The notes: generated from the sequence alone by a model not told the origin. DNA of 64,000 bases from Candidatus Krumholzibacteriota bacterium (GCA_016933255.1 JAFGBF010000030.1:3336-67335); one strand, 5' to 3'; counted from the first letter of the stretch, positions 28,662 to 39,930 are shown. Program-made: numbers and translations.

Positions 28662-29099
28662 CTACAAAATAAGGTATGCCAGCAGAATTCCAAAAGCAGC
28701 TCCGCTTGAAACGTCCAGAGGACGGAACTGGAGAATTCGCGTTGCATCAGACAATCCATCGTTTTTTAATCCCTGGATATTTGAAATAATGGAGTTCAGT
28801 ATTCCAACCTGTTTTTCCTTTTCCCTTTTCACTTTCATCGTGTCATGCACAATAATAAAAGTGTATGTTGCGGTAACAGCGAATAAAATGGAGGAAAATC
28901 CGTACTTTAATCCCACAGTAGTAGAAAGCGCCGCAAATACCGTGGCATGCAGATTCGGCATTCCGTCAGCCTGAAAAAGCCTGCCTATATTAGCCTCCCT
29001 TTCTGCCACTGAATAGATTATAGATTTCAATATCTGAACGAGCACCCCGCATACGATGGGAATGATAAAAATATCCTTATAGAGAATCGACTTGACCAT
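28662..29099 (-). CDS. Divergent PAP2 family (DUF212/YuiD-like) protein
   Basis: VQILK..., DGMPNLHAT (family GGMPSSHSA), usual position between ispA and dxs. Confidence 0.75.
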   Translation of the reverse strand: MVKSILYKDIFIIPIVCGVLVQILKSIIYSVAEREANIGRLFQADGMPNLHATVFAALSTTVGLKYGFSSILFAVTATYTFIIVHDTMKVKREKEKQVGILNSIISNIQGLKNDGLSDATRILQFRPLDVSSGAAFGILLAYLIL

Positions 29100-29101
29100 T
29101 A

Positions 29102-30022
29102 TCAGGAAATACGCTCCAGAATATATTCGAACAACTTCTCAAGATCTCCGTCATCACCCAGGGCGCGAATCCGGCTTTTGCATTCATCGACAAGCGCTCT
29201 GGCGGTATCACGCGAACTTGCCATACCGAATGCCGCTGGCCATGTGATTTTCCCTCTTTTATCATCCTTTCGCAAGCCTTTTCCAACCACGCTCGCGTCA
29301 CCTTCCTGATCAAGTATATCATCGACTATCTGAAACGCAAGACCCGCCTTTCTCCCGATATCAGCTATTTCTTCAATCATTTCAGGTTCGATAGTCTCAA
29401 GAGCTGCGCCGACCGAGATCGAAGCAGAGATCAACTCGGCGGTCTTTCTCCTATGGATAAATTTCACCATATCTTCTGTCGGCCTTTTACCTTCACCTTC
29501 CAGATCGGCAACCTGCCCGCCGACAAGCATCCTTGATCCGGCCGCCTTTGACAGGATACCGATCGCGTATATTCTGTTTTCATCAGGGACACGTGCCCCC
29601 CGGGATAATATCTCGAAGGCCAGCGCCTGAAGAGCGTCTCCCGCTAACAGCGCGATTGCTTCACCAAACCTTATATGGCAGGACGGCAGACCGCGGCGAA
29701 GCCCATCGTCATCGATCGAAGGCAGGTCATCATGAATAAGAGTATAGGCGTGTAGACATTCTATCGCACACGCGGCATCGAGAGCTTCCTCGGGATAAGA
29801 ATTCCCCGCCAGCCTGTGACCCCATATGCAGAGGATAGCCCTGAGGCGTTTGCCTCCCTGCAGGGTGGAATACCGCATCGCTTTGTGAAGAGATACTGGA
29901 AGTTCCGACTCGGAAGGCAACAGCATATCCAGTCTTTTTTCGACTATTTCAGCCGTACTTTTCAACCCGGAACTGAAATCATTATTATCAGTCTGGCTAC
30001 CCAAGATTATCCTCTTTTCCAA
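29102..30022 (-). CDS. ispA: Polyprenyl (farnesyl/geranylgeranyl) diphosphate synthase
   Basis: GGKRLR, LIHDDLPSIDDDGLRRG, AFQIVDDILD. Confidence 0.93.
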   Translation of the reverse strand: MEKRIILGSQTDNNDFSSGLKSTAEIVEKRLDMLLPSESELPVSLHKAMRYSTLQGGKRLRAILCIWGHRLAGNSYPEEALDAACAIECLHAYTLIHDDLPSIDDDGLRRGLPSCHIRFGEAIALLAGDALQALAFEILSRGARVPDENRIYAIGILSKAAGSRMLVGGQVADLEGEGKRPTEDMVKFIHRRKTAELISASISVGAALETIEPEMIEEIADIGRKAGLAFQIVDDILDQEGDASVVGKGLRKDDKRGKITWPAAFGMASSRDTARALVDECKSRIRALGDDGDLEKLFEYILERIS

Positions 30023-30209
30023 GTTCAGCTGATAACCTGGTTATCCTCTGGTCTGCGTCTTCGAGGATCTGCTTGCACTTTTTCCCAAGCTTCATCCCCT
30101 CCTCATACAGCCTGATGCTCTCTTCCAGGGGCACCTGGTCTTCTTCAAGACGTCTGACGATCTCTTCAAGCCTTTCTATGGAATCCTCAAAACTCTGCTT
30201 CACTGCCAT
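29997..30209 (-). CDS. xseB: Exodeoxyribonuclease VII small subunit
   Basis: SFEDSIERLEEIVRRLE...LEESIRLYEEGMKL. Confidence 0.95.
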   Translation of the reverse strand: MAVKQSFEDSIERLEEIVRRLEEDQVPLEESIRLYEEGMKLGKKCKQILEDADQRITRLSAELGKEDNLG

Positions 30210-31651
30210 CTTCTCCCCTTTCTTTTATCTTTTACGCTGCAAACCGCCGACCCGTCATGAAAATTCACAACAATACTGTCATCTTTCGAAATATCGGCTG
30301 TTTTTGCGATCACCCTCACGCCATCTTCGGATGTACAGTATGAATATCCCCTTTTAAGGATCGAAAGAGGATGCAGCCCTTCAAGCATCTTTGCTCGGAG
30401 AGATACCCGTTCTTCCAGGATCTCCAGCCTGTTTCTGACTTTTCCGTCTATACTCCCTTTAAGACGTTTGAGGATCTCCAGCGAAGTCGACATCTTTTTT
30501 TTCGGGTCTGCCGCCGAGATTCTTTCAGACCACAGGGACAATCTGCCCCTTGCCTCGAAAATACCGGTCTTGACCACCGCGTCAAGCCGCGAGCGCAGTG
30601 CTCCCGCGGTCTGTGTCAGTTCGAGATTATACCCAGTCCACGATTGTTTGAGCCTGATGCTTTTTTCATCCACCTGAAGCATGCCGTATTCAAGCTTATG
30701 CCTTATTGCCGGAAAGACGCTGCTGGTGATCATAAGATTCAGCATGTTATAGCGTCTTAGGGAATCACGGCCGGCAAGCCTTGAAAGATTCTCAATGACA
30801 GCGGAAATCTCACCCGAAACGAGGATTCTGTCCGGAGCGGAAAGTTCTGCCGCAGCAGTCGGAGTCGGAGCCCTCAGATCAGAGACATAATCACAGATAG
30901 TAGTATCGATCTCATGACCTATCCCTGTGATCACGGGGTACCTGCTCTCTGAAACGGCTCTCGCAGTTTTTTCGAGGTTAAACGCCCATAGATCCTCTAT
31001 ACTTCCGCCTCCGCGCGCAAGTATCACGCAATCGAGTCCATCTGTGTTATCGGTGATTTCGAATGCTTTGACTATCGACTCGGAAGCTTTCACTCCCTGT
31101 ACATCGGCCGGCACATGCAGGATCTCGGCAAGCGGCCATCGTCTGGCGAGAGTCTCGGAAATATCGCGGATGACAGCACCGGTCAAAGATGTGATTACCG
31201 CGATCTTTTCAGGATATCCTGGAATCGGACGTTTCTTCTCCGGATCAGTCGCTCCCTCATCGATAAATCTCTGAAGCCTCCTCCGGAATTCCAGCTCGGC
31301 AGCACCCCTCCCGGCTTCTACCAGGCCATCAGCAACAAGCTGTGTCTGACCGGTTCCCCCATAATGGGATATCCGGCCGGACGCGATCACCTGAGTTCCA
31401 TTTTCCGGGAAAAACGATAACCTGTCGACGTTCCGTTTAAATATCACAAGGCGTATAAGGCTGCTCTCGTCCCTTAAAGTCAGATAGAAATGCCCCGAGG
31501 AATGCGCCTTGAAATTGGCGATCTCGCCTATGATCCTTACTGATGGGAATTCTGATTCAAGATTCTGTTTTAATGCCTCGTTGATCTCTGAAACGGAATA
31601 GATATCCGTGTCTTCAGATGCCAGAATATCGTTGCTGTCACTGGATATCAT
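30200..31651 (-). CDS. xseA: Exodeoxyribonuclease VII large subunit
   Basis: SGHFYLTLRD, ARGGGSIEDLWAFN, GIGHEID, RAPTPTAAAE. Confidence 0.96.
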   Translation of the reverse strand: MISSDSNDILASEDTDIYSVSEINEALKQNLESEFPSVRIIGEIANFKAHSSGHFYLTLRDESSLIRLVIFKRNVDRLSFFPENGTQVIASGRISHYGGTGQTQLVADGLVEAGRGAAELEFRRRLQRFIDEGATDPEKKRPIPGYPEKIAVITSLTGAVIRDISETLARRWPLAEILHVPADVQGVKASESIVKAFEITDNTDGLDCVILARGGGSIEDLWAFNLEKTARAVSESRYPVITGIGHEIDTTICDYVSDLRAPTPTAAAELSAPDRILVSGEISAVIENLSRLAGRDSLRRYNMLNLMITSSVFPAIRHKLEYGMLQVDEKSIRLKQSWTGYNLELTQTAGALRSRLDAVVKTGIFEARGRLSLWSERISAADPKKKMSTSLEILKRLKGSIDGKVRNRLEILEERVSLRAKMLEGLHPLSILKRGYSYCTSEDGVRVIAKTADISKDDSIVVNFHDGSAVCSVKDKRKGRRWQ

Positions 31652-32549
31652 CGCCGTCTCCCCTTGCCCATTCTGCAGCCTGGAGAGTATTTTTCATTAG
31701 CATCGCAACCGTCATCGGACCGACCCCTCTCGGAACAGGGGTTATCAATGAAGCTTTCGGCTGTACTGAAGAAAAGTCTACATCACCCTCCAGGTGGTAT
31801 CCTTTTTTTGCCTTCGGATCATCCACCCTGTTCATACCCACATCGATCACAACGACTCCCTCCCTGACCATTTCTCCCGTGATCAGCCCCGGACTTCCCA
31901 CCGCTGCGATCAAAATATCCGCCCTTGAAACTATGCCAGGGATATTCTTCGTTCTGGAATGGCAGAGGGTGACAGTTCCGTTGGCGCCTGAAGACTTTGC
32001 CGAAAGAAGCATCGCCATCGGCTTCCCGACTATCAGGCTTCGCCCGATGATGACGATCTCCTTCCCTTCAGTCTCTACCGAATACCTGGAAAGAAGCTCC
32101 ATGATACCCTTCGGCGTACAAGGTATAAACCTTGCCTTTTCCGAAATGATCCTTCCAAGGTTATATGGATGAAACCCATCGACATCCTTGGCAGGGGATA
32201 TAGTTTCTATCACTTTCTGTTCATTAATATGATCCGGGAGAGGGAGCTGGACTAGTATTCCGTCGACGGAATCGTCATCATTCAGCCTTTTTAGCCTTTC
32301 GATGAGGGTTTCCTCCGGAATATCTCCAGGCATTTCGATAAGTTCTGAATCGATACCGCATTTAGAAGAGGCTTTTACTTTCATCCCGACATAGACCTGG
32401 GAAGCGGGATCCTCTCCCACGATCAGTACTGTCAGTTTTGGAGGTCTGCTTTTTTTGCTGAAATCGCTTATCTCAATCTTAAGTTCTGACAGGATCTCTT
32501 CAGAGATCATTTTCCCATCAATAAGATTTTCAAAGTCTCCGCTCTTCAA
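31638..32549 (-). CDS. folD: Methylenetetrahydrofolate dehydrogenase/cyclohydrolase
   Basis: GILVQLPLP, KDVDGFHP, PCTPKG, GRSLIVGKP, TPVPRGVGPMTVAML. Confidence 0.97.
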   Translation of the reverse strand: MKSGDFENLIDGKMISEEILSELKIEISDFSKKSRPPKLTVLIVGEDPASQVYVGMKVKASSKCGIDSELIEMPGDIPEETLIERLKRLNDDDSVDGILVQLPLPDHINEQKVIETISPAKDVDGFHPYNLGRIISEKARFIPCTPKGIMELLSRYSVETEGKEIVIIGRSLIVGKPMAMLLSAKSSGANGTVTLCHSRTKNIPGIVSRADILIAAVGSPGLITGEMVREGVVVIDVGMNRVDDPKAKKGYHLEGDVDFSSVQPKASLITPVPRGVGPMTVAMLMKNTLQAAEWARGDGDDIQ

Positions 32550-32560
32550 GACCGCCTCCT

Positions 32561-33337
32561 CTAGATCAGTTGATGAATCCTTTCAACTCTCAGAGCTTTT
32601 CCTGTTTTGTCGTCTATTTCTGCAAAAAGCCCCTGGATACAGGGATCTTCTCCTCCAGGCTGTAGTCTGACATTGATGCCTTTGAGAAATCTTTCAATTA
32701 CTGCTTCCTTTTTGACCCCGATCACCGAAGAATACGGGCCGGTCATCCCGATATCCGTCTGATATGCCGTGCCTTCAGGAAGAATCCTCTCGTCGGCCGT
32801 AGGAACATGAGTGTGCGTCCCGGCAAGAATGGATACTCGGCCATCGAGATAATATCCCATGGCCAGTTTTTCGCTTGTCGCCTCAGCGTGAAAATCAACG
32901 ATAATGATCTTTATATCAGACGGAAGAGATTCCAGGATCTGATCTGCTTTCCGGAAGGGACAGTCTATATCCGGCATAAATGTCCGCCCCTGCAGGTTGA
33001 TGATACAAACACGCACCGGTCCTCTTTCAGTGAGCAATGACCCAAACCCGCCGACACCCGGCGGATAGTTGGCAGGGCGAAGAATATCTGAGCGGTCATC
33101 GAGAAGCCTGACGCCTTCCTGCTTGTCCCATATATGATTACCACTGGTCATATAATCCACACCACAGCTCTTGATCTCATTGAGGACTTTCTCATTGACT
33201 CCGAACATCCCGGCCCCGTTCTCGACATTTGCAGTACAGAGATCCACGCTGAATCTGGCCTTAAGATCGGGCAATCCGTCTCTCAAAGCCTTTCTTCCAA
33301 CTTTTGAAAGCACATCTCCGATAACCAGGATATTCAT
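32561..33337 (-). CDS. ymdB: YmdB/TIGR00282 metallophosphoesterase
   Basis: IGDV, ANVEN, TSGNHIWD, DFHAEATSEK, GTHTHV; follows rny. Confidence 0.92.
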   Translation of the reverse strand: MNILVIGDVLSKVGRKALRDGLPDLKARFSVDLCTANVENGAGMFGVNEKVLNEIKSCGVDYMTSGNHIWDKQEGVRLLDDRSDILRPANYPPGVGGFGSLLTERGPVRVCIINLQGRTFMPDIDCPFRKADQILESLPSDIKIIIVDFHAEATSEKLAMGYYLDGRVSILAGTHTHVPTADERILPEGTAYQTDIGMTGPYSSVIGVKKEAVIERFLKGINVRLQPGGEDPCIQGLFAEIDDKTGKALRVERIHQLI

Positions 33338-33418
33338 TATTCCGGCACTCCCGACAATACGACTTCGATCGGTCCCACTCTGTTTGACATTCCAGACCCG
33401 TATATTTCCCGCTCTACC

Positions 33419-34990
33419 CTACTTGGCAAAATCGATCGATCTCGTTTCTCTTATGACAACGACTTTGATCTGCCCGGGGTATTCCATCTCATCCTCGATC
33501 CGCCTTGAAATATCACTGGCGAGCTGGATCGACTGAGCGTCATCGATCTTCTTGTAGCTGACAAGGATCCTTATTTCCCGTCCAGCCTGGATCGCGTAGG
33601 ATTTTTCCACGCCGTCGAAACCGTCTGCGATCCTTTCGAGCTTTTCAAGCCTTCTGATGTAGTTTTCCAGAGTCTCACGCCTGGCACCGGGCCTTGCACC
33701 AGAAATCGAATCTGCGGCAGATATGACGTGAGCCATCAGGGAAGTAGCTTCAACATCCTCATGATGGGAAGCTATTGCGTTAATGACGATCTCGGCTTCT
33801 CCGTATCTTTTCGCCAGATCCGCACCGATCTCTGCGTGGGGGCCTTCGATCTCGTGATCGACAGCTTTTCCGATATCATGAAGCAGTCCTGCTCTCTTGG
33901 CTATGACAGGATCCAGTCCCAACTCACTTGCGAGCAGGGATGCTACGAAGGCGACTTCCTTTGAATGCTGAAGGACGTTCTGGCCGTAAGAGGTACGGTA
34001 CTTCAGCCTTCCAAGTAATTTGACCATCTCTGGATGCAGCCCGTGCATATTCAGTTCAAGATAGGTCTGCTCGCCGATCTCCCGGATTTCCTCCATAAGC
34101 TCTTTTTTTGTCTTTTCGACAAGTTCTTCGATCCTTCCAGGATGGATTCTTCCATCTTTCACAAGCTTTGAAAGAGCGATCCTTGCCACCTCTCTTCTTA
34201 TCGGATCAAATCCCGACAAGATCACCGCTTCCGGAGTGTCATCGATTATCACGTCGATCCCTGTCGCAGTTTCAAATGCCCTTATGTTCCGGCCTTCTCT
34301 TCCGATGATTCTCCCCTTCATCTCATCATTTGGAAGATCGACCACTGATACGGTAGACTCGACTACGTGATCCGCTGCACAGCGCTCAATGGCGAGAGTT
34401 ATTATTTCCCGGGCGGCTTTTGTGGCGTTTCTCTCCGCTTCATCTTTTATTTCCTTTATCTTCCGCGCTGCCTGCAGTTTCGCCTCACCTTCAAGATTTG
34501 CGATAAGGAGCTTTTTCGCCTCTTCACTGCTCAGTCCGGCGATCTTTTCAAGTTTCTCGTTCTGAAGATGCAGGACCTTCGTGATCTCTTCTTTTTTGAG
34601 ATTAAGGTTATCAAGCTTGTTCTCAAGGACCTTCCTGTTCTCGATCAGTTCCTGTTCTCTCTTCTCGAGGTAGTTGACCTTGCGGTTTATATTCTCCTCT
34701 TTTTCCTCGATCCGCCTTTCGACACTGCGCAATTCGCCTCTTGTTTCCGCTGTATCCTTTTCGAATTTCAGTTTTGCCTGGTACCACTCATCTTTTGCTT
34801 CAAGGATCGAAGCTTTTTTCCTGGTCTCAGCCTCTCTCTGCGCTTCGGCGATTATTGTCTCCGCAAGCTTCTGAGTATGTTTCATATGGCTCTTTGCAAT
34901 CTTCTTACTTACAAACCAGCCTATAATAAAACCCAGGATAAGAACGAGGCTCCCAGTCAGAAAATAGAAATAAATACTTATATTTTCCAT
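33419..34990 (-). CDS. rny: Ribonuclease Y
   Basis: N-terminal TM, coiled coil, KH ([13 protein letters not shown]), HD (LLHDIGK). Confidence 0.98.
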   Translation of the reverse strand: MENISIYFYFLTGSLVLILGFIIGWFVSKKIAKSHMKHTQKLAETIIAEAQREAETRKKASILEAKDEWYQAKLKFEKDTAETRGELRSVERRIEEKEENINRKVNYLEKREQELIENRKVLENKLDNLNLKKEEITKVLHLQNEKLEKIAGLSSEEAKKLLIANLEGEAKLQAARKIKEIKDEAERNATKAAREIITLAIERCAADHVVESTVSVVDLPNDEMKGRIIGREGRNIRAFETATGIDVIIDDTPEAVILSGFDPIRREVARIALSKLVKDGRIHPGRIEELVEKTKKELMEEIREIGEQTYLELNMHGLHPEMVKLLGRLKYRTSYGQNVLQHSKEVAFVASLLASELGLDPVIAKRAGLLHDIGKAVDHEIEGPHAEIGADLAKRYGEAEIVINAIASHHEDVEATSLMAHVISAADSISGARPGARRETLENYIRRLEKLERIADGFDGVEKSYAIQAGREIRILVSYKKIDDAQSIQLASDISRRIEDEMEYPGQIKVVVIRETRSIDFAK

Positions 34991-35126
34991 TTCTGTGTCC
35001 CCTGATAAGGTCCAGGGGGTTTCACCTCCTGATTTTTCCGTTATTAATCAATAATCAACGTAAATAAGTATATTGGATCTGGTTTTTCTCAGGTAATTTT
35101 AATCGGAGATGACTGCGGAATGAAAA

Positions 35127-35311
35127 ATTCCCCACTCAATGCCGTGAAGCAGGATCCTTTTTAAGCCCCGCTTTACAACGGTGGATGTCCTCAGGCCGCT
35201 CTCAACCTTCCGGGATTGTCCCGGCGTGGTATCAAGCGACTTATATTGGACTTCCGGGCTAAAAGTGTTGGCAAAAAATGATCTCCCACCTACACAAACA
35301 AAGCAGGGAAT
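35127..35311 (-). ncRNA. ssrS: 6S RNA
   Basis: About 185 nt between zapA and rny (typical context); ends ATTCCCTGCTTTG... and ...CACGGCATTGAGTGGGGAAT pair into a closing stem, with a central bulge and apical hairpin CCGGGACAATCCCGG. Confidence 0.8.
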
Positions 35312-35384
35312 CTCTTGTTTTCTCTATTTCCTGATCCCATTCCCAAATCCTCGTTTACCATCTTTGACAACTTGGGGATGAGTC

Positions 35385-35681
35385 CTACCTTCCCGTACTA
35401 ATCTTGTCTTCTATCAGTTCTCCCAGCCTCGCAGCTTTCCGTCCGAATTCCTTCTGGAGATTCTTTTCCTTTTCTTTCACCTGATGCAATTCGTCGGCAA
35501 TATTAAGTGCAGCCAAAATAGCAATGCGAGATTGTGACATAATTCCACTTGAATGCGCGATCTCCCTCATTTTCTTATCAACATATCCAGCGATCCTGTG
35601 AATATAATGAGGGTCACCGACACCTTTGATTTTATACTCCTGACCAAAAATCTCCACTTTTTCCGTGTTTCTTTCGGTCAT
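35385..35681 (-). CDS. zapA: Cell division protein ZapA
   Basis: VEIFGQEYKI, YVDKKMREI, AILAALNIADEL. Confidence 0.93.
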   Translation of the reverse strand: MTERNTEKVEIFGQEYKIKGVGDPHYIHRIAGYVDKKMREIAHSSGIMSQSRIAILAALNIADELHQVKEKEKNLQKEFGRKAARLGELIEDKISTGR

Positions 35682-35757
35682 CTATCTTCCTCTCAAGATC
35701 AATACAGATAAGTCCTCATCATCCCAGCCCGGAAACAACCTCGTAAAACCCGACATT

Positions 35758-36042
35758 CTAAAGTTCGAGGCCATCGAGTTTTAACAGCATCTCCTCGATT
35801 TTGTTTCCTATCTCCTCTCTTGTTTTATCGAAATCTTTTCTTTTACCTTTATCTTTATTAAAGATTTCAATCTCTTTCATCAATCCTTCATTCTTAATAT
35901 ATAACGAATCGGCTTTATCTTTCAACTCTTTATTCTTTTCTTCCAGTTTCTTTTTTTCCATAGAGAGTTTCTCGATAAGTTCCGCGGCCTTAATTATCTT
36001 TTCCTCAAGGATTTCCAAACCTGCAAGACCTGTTGATCCCAT
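35758..36042 (-). CDS. Coiled-coil protein, ZapB-like
   Basis: LEILEEKIIKAAELIEKL heptad repeats; between pheT and zapA. Confidence 0.7.
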   Translation of the reverse strand: MGSTGLAGLEILEEKIIKAAELIEKLSMEKKKLEEKNKELKDKADSLYIKNEGLMKEIEIFNKDKGKRKDFDKTREEIGNKIEEMLLKLDGLEL

Positions 36043-36051
36043 ATCCGTCTC

Positions 36052-38451
36052 CTATTCCATCCTTAAAGACACCTGCAGTTCCGTCCGCAATCCATCAAGC
36101 ACCCTGCCGATCACCTTGTCGACGGCCTTGTCTTCAAGAGTCCCGTCCGGCGACCTGAAAGAAAGCCTGAACGCGTAACTTCTTTGTCCTTTTCCCAAAT
36201 TATCCCCACGATAATAATCGAAAAGTCTAATATATTCAAGATGTTTGGCTCTTTTTTTAACAACATTTCTAATATCTGAGAATCTCACCCTGTCTGAAGC
36301 AACGACACAAAGATCCCTCTTTACCGACGGATACTGGATAAGGCCTGAATAAGCCGGCTCATCGACCCCCAGAGAATGGATCGCCTCCGCAAGGACAGTA
36401 AAATAATAAACCGGAGCCGATATCCCGTAGCGATTGGAGACACGCCTGGGGATCATGCCGCAGATTCCCACTAACTCGTTCTTGTATAACCAGTTAAACG
36501 TATAATCAGGTTCATCGGCTTTATCCCTCTCCATCGTTACGCTGGAATCAATACCGACCCATTCAAAAATCGTCTCCAGTTCCCCTTTCATATCAAGAAA
36601 ATCGTATTCGCGCTGTTTATCGATCCATTGCACCGGTCTGTTTTTTCTGGCAAAGCACGCGGTAAGATGCTGTTTTTCTTCAGGAAGTCCGTCTCCGGAG
36701 CCGACAGGAAGAAATACCTTTCCCATCTCAAATATCCTGATCCCTTCCTGCTCGACAGAGGCATTTCTCGCAATAGTCCTTAGCATTCCTGGCAAAAGGG
36801 ATGTCCTCAGAACCGACTGAGAGACTGAGAGAGGGTTCAGCAATCTCACGGGACTGCTTCTTACATCGTCTTTTCTCCATTCAAATGTTTCGGGGTCTTC
36901 AGGATCCATAAACGACGAATCGATAACCTCTGCGTACCCTCTGGCACAGAGAAAAGAAGATAGTTCCTCGCGCAATCTGTCGAGAGAAGATACGCGGGAG
37001 AATATAGTACTGCTGCGTTCTTCTTCTCTTCCGATATTCTCATACCCATATACTCTTGCTACTTCTTCAATCAGGTCGACTTCCGCCTTGACGTCCCTTC
37101 TAAACGACGGAACAGAGACAATCAGATCCTTACCTGAAAGTTCCGAAAAAAGGCCAAGCCTCTCGAGAAGTTCTACAAGCTCTCCTGAACCGAGATGCGT
37201 ACCCATAAGCCTGTTCACCTGCCGCACTCTGAGAGCGATCCTGATATCCTCGATGGAATCTTTCTTTTCGATCCTGTCTGTGATCATCCTGCCTGGTTCG
37301 CCGGCCCCCGTTTCCTCGATCAAATAACACGCTCTCTCAAGAGCCCTTACAGTTATGCCGATATCAGCCTCCCGTTCAAACCTGTAGGAAGCCTCCGTAT
37401 CCATTTTCAGAGAATGACTCGATCTTCTTACCGCACCTGGATCAAATACCGCGCTTTCCAGAATAACCCTTTTCGTATTGGTCCTTATTTCACTCTCTCG
37501 GCCGCCCATGACCCCTGCAACAGCTATCGGCATCTCGTCGTCGGCTATCACCAGGATATCGTTATCCAGTTTTCTTTCGACTTCGTCGAGAGTCTCAAGT
37601 TTTTCCCCATGCCTCGCCCGCCGGACATTTATCGTATCACCGATAATACGGTCCCTGTCGAAAGCATGCAGAGGATGTCCCATCTCCATGAGGACAAAAT
37701 TAGTTATATCGACGATGTTGTTCACCGGTTTGATCCCCGCTGAAACAAGAAGGTCCTGAAGCCACCCGGGAGAATCAGCTATATTGACGTTATCCACACA
37801 GACGGCGGAATACCTCGGACAGTCAAGATGATCCTCTACTTTGACCAGGAAAGAATCATCGGTTTCCAGCGGGAAGAAGTCAGGCTCTCTGAGCTTCCTC
37901 TTGTAGAGCGCGGCGATCTCCCTGGCTATACCGAAATGAGACAGCTGGTCAGGCCTGTTAGGAGTGACTTCTATATCAAGGATGACGTCATCGGTACCAA
38001 GTCTTTCCCTGAGATCGGCACCCGGCTCCATCTCAAAATCCAGTTCGATGATCCCGCCCGGATCACTTCCTATCCCAAGCTCCGTCTCGGAACAGATCAT
38101 CCCTTCCGAGATCTCGCCTCTGAGTTTGGTCTTTTTTATCTTGAAGTTGCCTGGAAGGACAGCGTCGTTTACAGCTACGGCCACGTTCAGCCCGGCTCGG
38201 ACGTTGGGAGCGCCACAGACAATATTGAGCATCTCTTTTCCGCCTGCGTCGACTTTGCAGACACTGAGTTTATCTGCTCCGGGATGTCTTCCGCACTCTA
38301 TGACTTTTCCGAAGACGACCCCGGTGAAATCCGGCCTGTGATCCTCTATTCCTTCGACGTTTAACCCGAACATCGTCAGATCATCGGCAAGAGTCTTGGG
38401 ATCTTCCTCAATATCGACGTATCTTTTCAGCCAGCTTATGCTTACTTTCAT
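36052..38451 (-). CDS. pheT: Phenylalanine--tRNA ligase beta subunit
   Basis: IVCGAPNV, SEGMICS, TPNRPD, DLIEEVARVYGY, FDX-ACB C-terminus. Confidence 0.97.
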   Translation of the reverse strand: MKVSISWLKRYVDIEEDPKTLADDLTMFGLNVEGIEDHRPDFTGVVFGKVIECGRHPGADKLSVCKVDAGGKEMLNIVCGAPNVRAGLNVAVAVNDAVLPGNFKIKKTKLRGEISEGMICSETELGIGSDPGGIIELDFEMEPGADLRERLGTDDVILDIEVTPNRPDQLSHFGIAREIAALYKRKLREPDFFPLETDDSFLVKVEDHLDCPRYSAVCVDNVNIADSPGWLQDLLVSAGIKPVNNIVDITNFVLMEMGHPLHAFDRDRIIGDTINVRRARHGEKLETLDEVERKLDNDILVIADDEMPIAVAGVMGGRESEIRTNTKRVILESAVFDPGAVRRSSHSLKMDTEASYRFEREADIGITVRALERACYLIEETGAGEPGRMITDRIEKKDSIEDIRIALRVRQVNRLMGTHLGSGELVELLERLGLFSELSGKDLIVSVPSFRRDVKAEVDLIEEVARVYGYENIGREEERSSTIFSRVSSLDRLREELSSFLCARGYAEVIDSSFMDPEDPETFEWRKDDVRSSPVRLLNPLSVSQSVLRTSLLPGMLRTIARNASVEQEGIRIFEMGKVFLPVGSGDGLPEEKQHLTACFARKNRPVQWIDKQREYDFLDMKGELETIFEWVGIDSSVTMERDKADEPDYTFNWLYKNELVGICGMIPRRVSNRYGISAPVYYFTVLAEAIHSLGVDEPAYSGLIQYPSVKRDLCVVASDRVRFSDIRNVVKKRAKHLEYIRLFDYYRGDNLGKGQRSYAFRLSFRSPDGTLEDKAVDKVIGRVLDGLRTELQVSLRME

Positions 38452-39509
38452 TTCTCAGCCCCTACCCATGAACCTCTCCAGAACTGACTCAGGAAACGAA
38501 TATCATTTGCCAGAAACCTTCTTATATCGTCGACTCCATATTTCAACATCGCAATTCGATCAATACCGAGGCCGAAAGCAAATCCGGTGACAGAATCAGG
38601 ATCATATCCTGCAAACTTAAAGACGTTAGGGTGCACCATTCCCGCTCCCATTATCTCGATCCAGCCTGTTTTCTGACAGATAGGACAACCATCCCCGCTG
38701 CAGGCGAAACAGGTCATATCCACCTCTGCACTAGGTTCAGTGAAAGGAAAAAAATGGGGTCTGAACCTCACATTTGTCTCCCGGCCGAAGAAAGAGTGGA
38801 TAAAATATGTGACATCATTTCTAAGATCGGCAAGCGAGACGTCTCTGTCGACATACAGCCCCTCCATCTGGTGGAATTCAGACGCATGCGAAGGGTCCGG
38901 GGTCTCATTCCTGTAGACTCGCCCGGGAGATATCACTCTGAGAGGAGGATCATATTTTTCCATATGCCTTACCTGCACAGGCGATGTCTGAGTCCTCAGC
39001 AGAATATCACGGTTTATATAAAATGTGTCCTGGGTATCCCGGGACGGGTGGTCTTTGGGGAAATTAAGCGCCTCGAAATTATAATAATCCAGTTCTACTT
39101 CAGGACCCTCCGCAAGAGAGTAGCCCATCCTGTAGAATATTTCCTTTACATCCTTCATGACCTTGTGAAGGATGTGAGGCCCGCCGGTCCACATCCTTCT
39201 TCCCGGAAGGCTTGGATCCCCGGGATAAGGCTCTTCGTCGCTTATGCCTGCTGAAATACCCGCTTTTATCTCATCGAAGAGAGAATTGAACCTTCCCTTT
39301 ATTTCATTGATCAGACTGCCGATCAGCGGTCTTTCTTCCTGCGGCAGCTGGCCGATCGATCTCAGGGCGAGAGTCAGGACTCCCTTTCTTCCGAGATAAT
39401 TGATCCGGAGCTCTTCGAGTGTCTCCAGATCACCGGCATTCCTCAATCTATCGGTCGCTTCTCTCTCAATCTGTTCAAGAACCTTTCGATCGATTCCGTC
39501 GTCACTCAT
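38448..39509 (-). CDS. pheS: Phenylalanine--tRNA ligase alpha subunit
   Basis: HPSRDTQDTFY, LRTQTSPVQ, FPFTEPSAE, GFAFGLGIDR. Confidence 0.98.
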   Translation of the reverse strand: MSDDGIDRKVLEQIEREATDRLRNAGDLETLEELRINYLGRKGVLTLALRSIGQLPQEERPLIGSLINEIKGRFNSLFDEIKAGISAGISDEEPYPGDPSLPGRRMWTGGPHILHKVMKDVKEIFYRMGYSLAEGPEVELDYYNFEALNFPKDHPSRDTQDTFYINRDILLRTQTSPVQVRHMEKYDPPLRVISPGRVYRNETPDPSHASEFHQMEGLYVDRDVSLADLRNDVTYFIHSFFGRETNVRFRPHFFPFTEPSAEVDMTCFACSGDGCPICQKTGWIEIMGAGMVHPNVFKFAGYDPDSVTGFAFGLGIDRIAMLKYGVDDIRRFLANDIRFLSQFWRGSWVGAEK

Positions 39510-39863
39510 CTATAGAGCTTCCTTCGCGATTTCCGCGAGTTTTGAAAATCCTTCCGCGTCATTGACTGCAATATCGGAAAGCATCTTCCTGTCGATCTCG
39601 ATCTCAGACTTCTTCAGACCATTCATAAATCTGCTGTAACTCAGGCCATTAAGCCTGGCTGCGGCATTGATCCTGGTGATCCAGAGTTTGCGAAAATCTC
39701 TTTTTCTTGCCCGACGATCCCTGTATGCGTATGTAAGCGCGCGGTTAACAGCCTCCTGGGCGGAACGGAAGAGATTTCCTCTTCCTCCCGTAAACCCCTT
39801 TGCCTGTTTTAACACCTTCTTTTTTCTCTTGTGAGAAGCTACACTGTGTTTTGTTCTTGGCAT
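39510..39863 (-). CDS. rplT: 50S ribosomal protein L20
   Basis: [24 protein letters not shown]. Confidence 0.99.
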   Translation of the reverse strand: MPRTKHSVASHKRKKKVLKQAKGFTGGRGNLFRSAQEAVNRALTYAYRDRRARKRDFRKLWITRINAAARLNGLSYSRFMNGLKKSEIEIDRKMLSDIAVNDAEGFSKLAEIAKEAL

Positions 39864-39930
39864 ACCTGTATGCCTCCTGTACTCATTTCCGTGTTTACAA
39901 TACTGTTATTTAAACTGCCTAAAAACAGAC

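Noticed and set aside
35181-35381. 66-aa plus-strand ORF
   Set aside because: Overlaps the 6S RNA on the opposite strand
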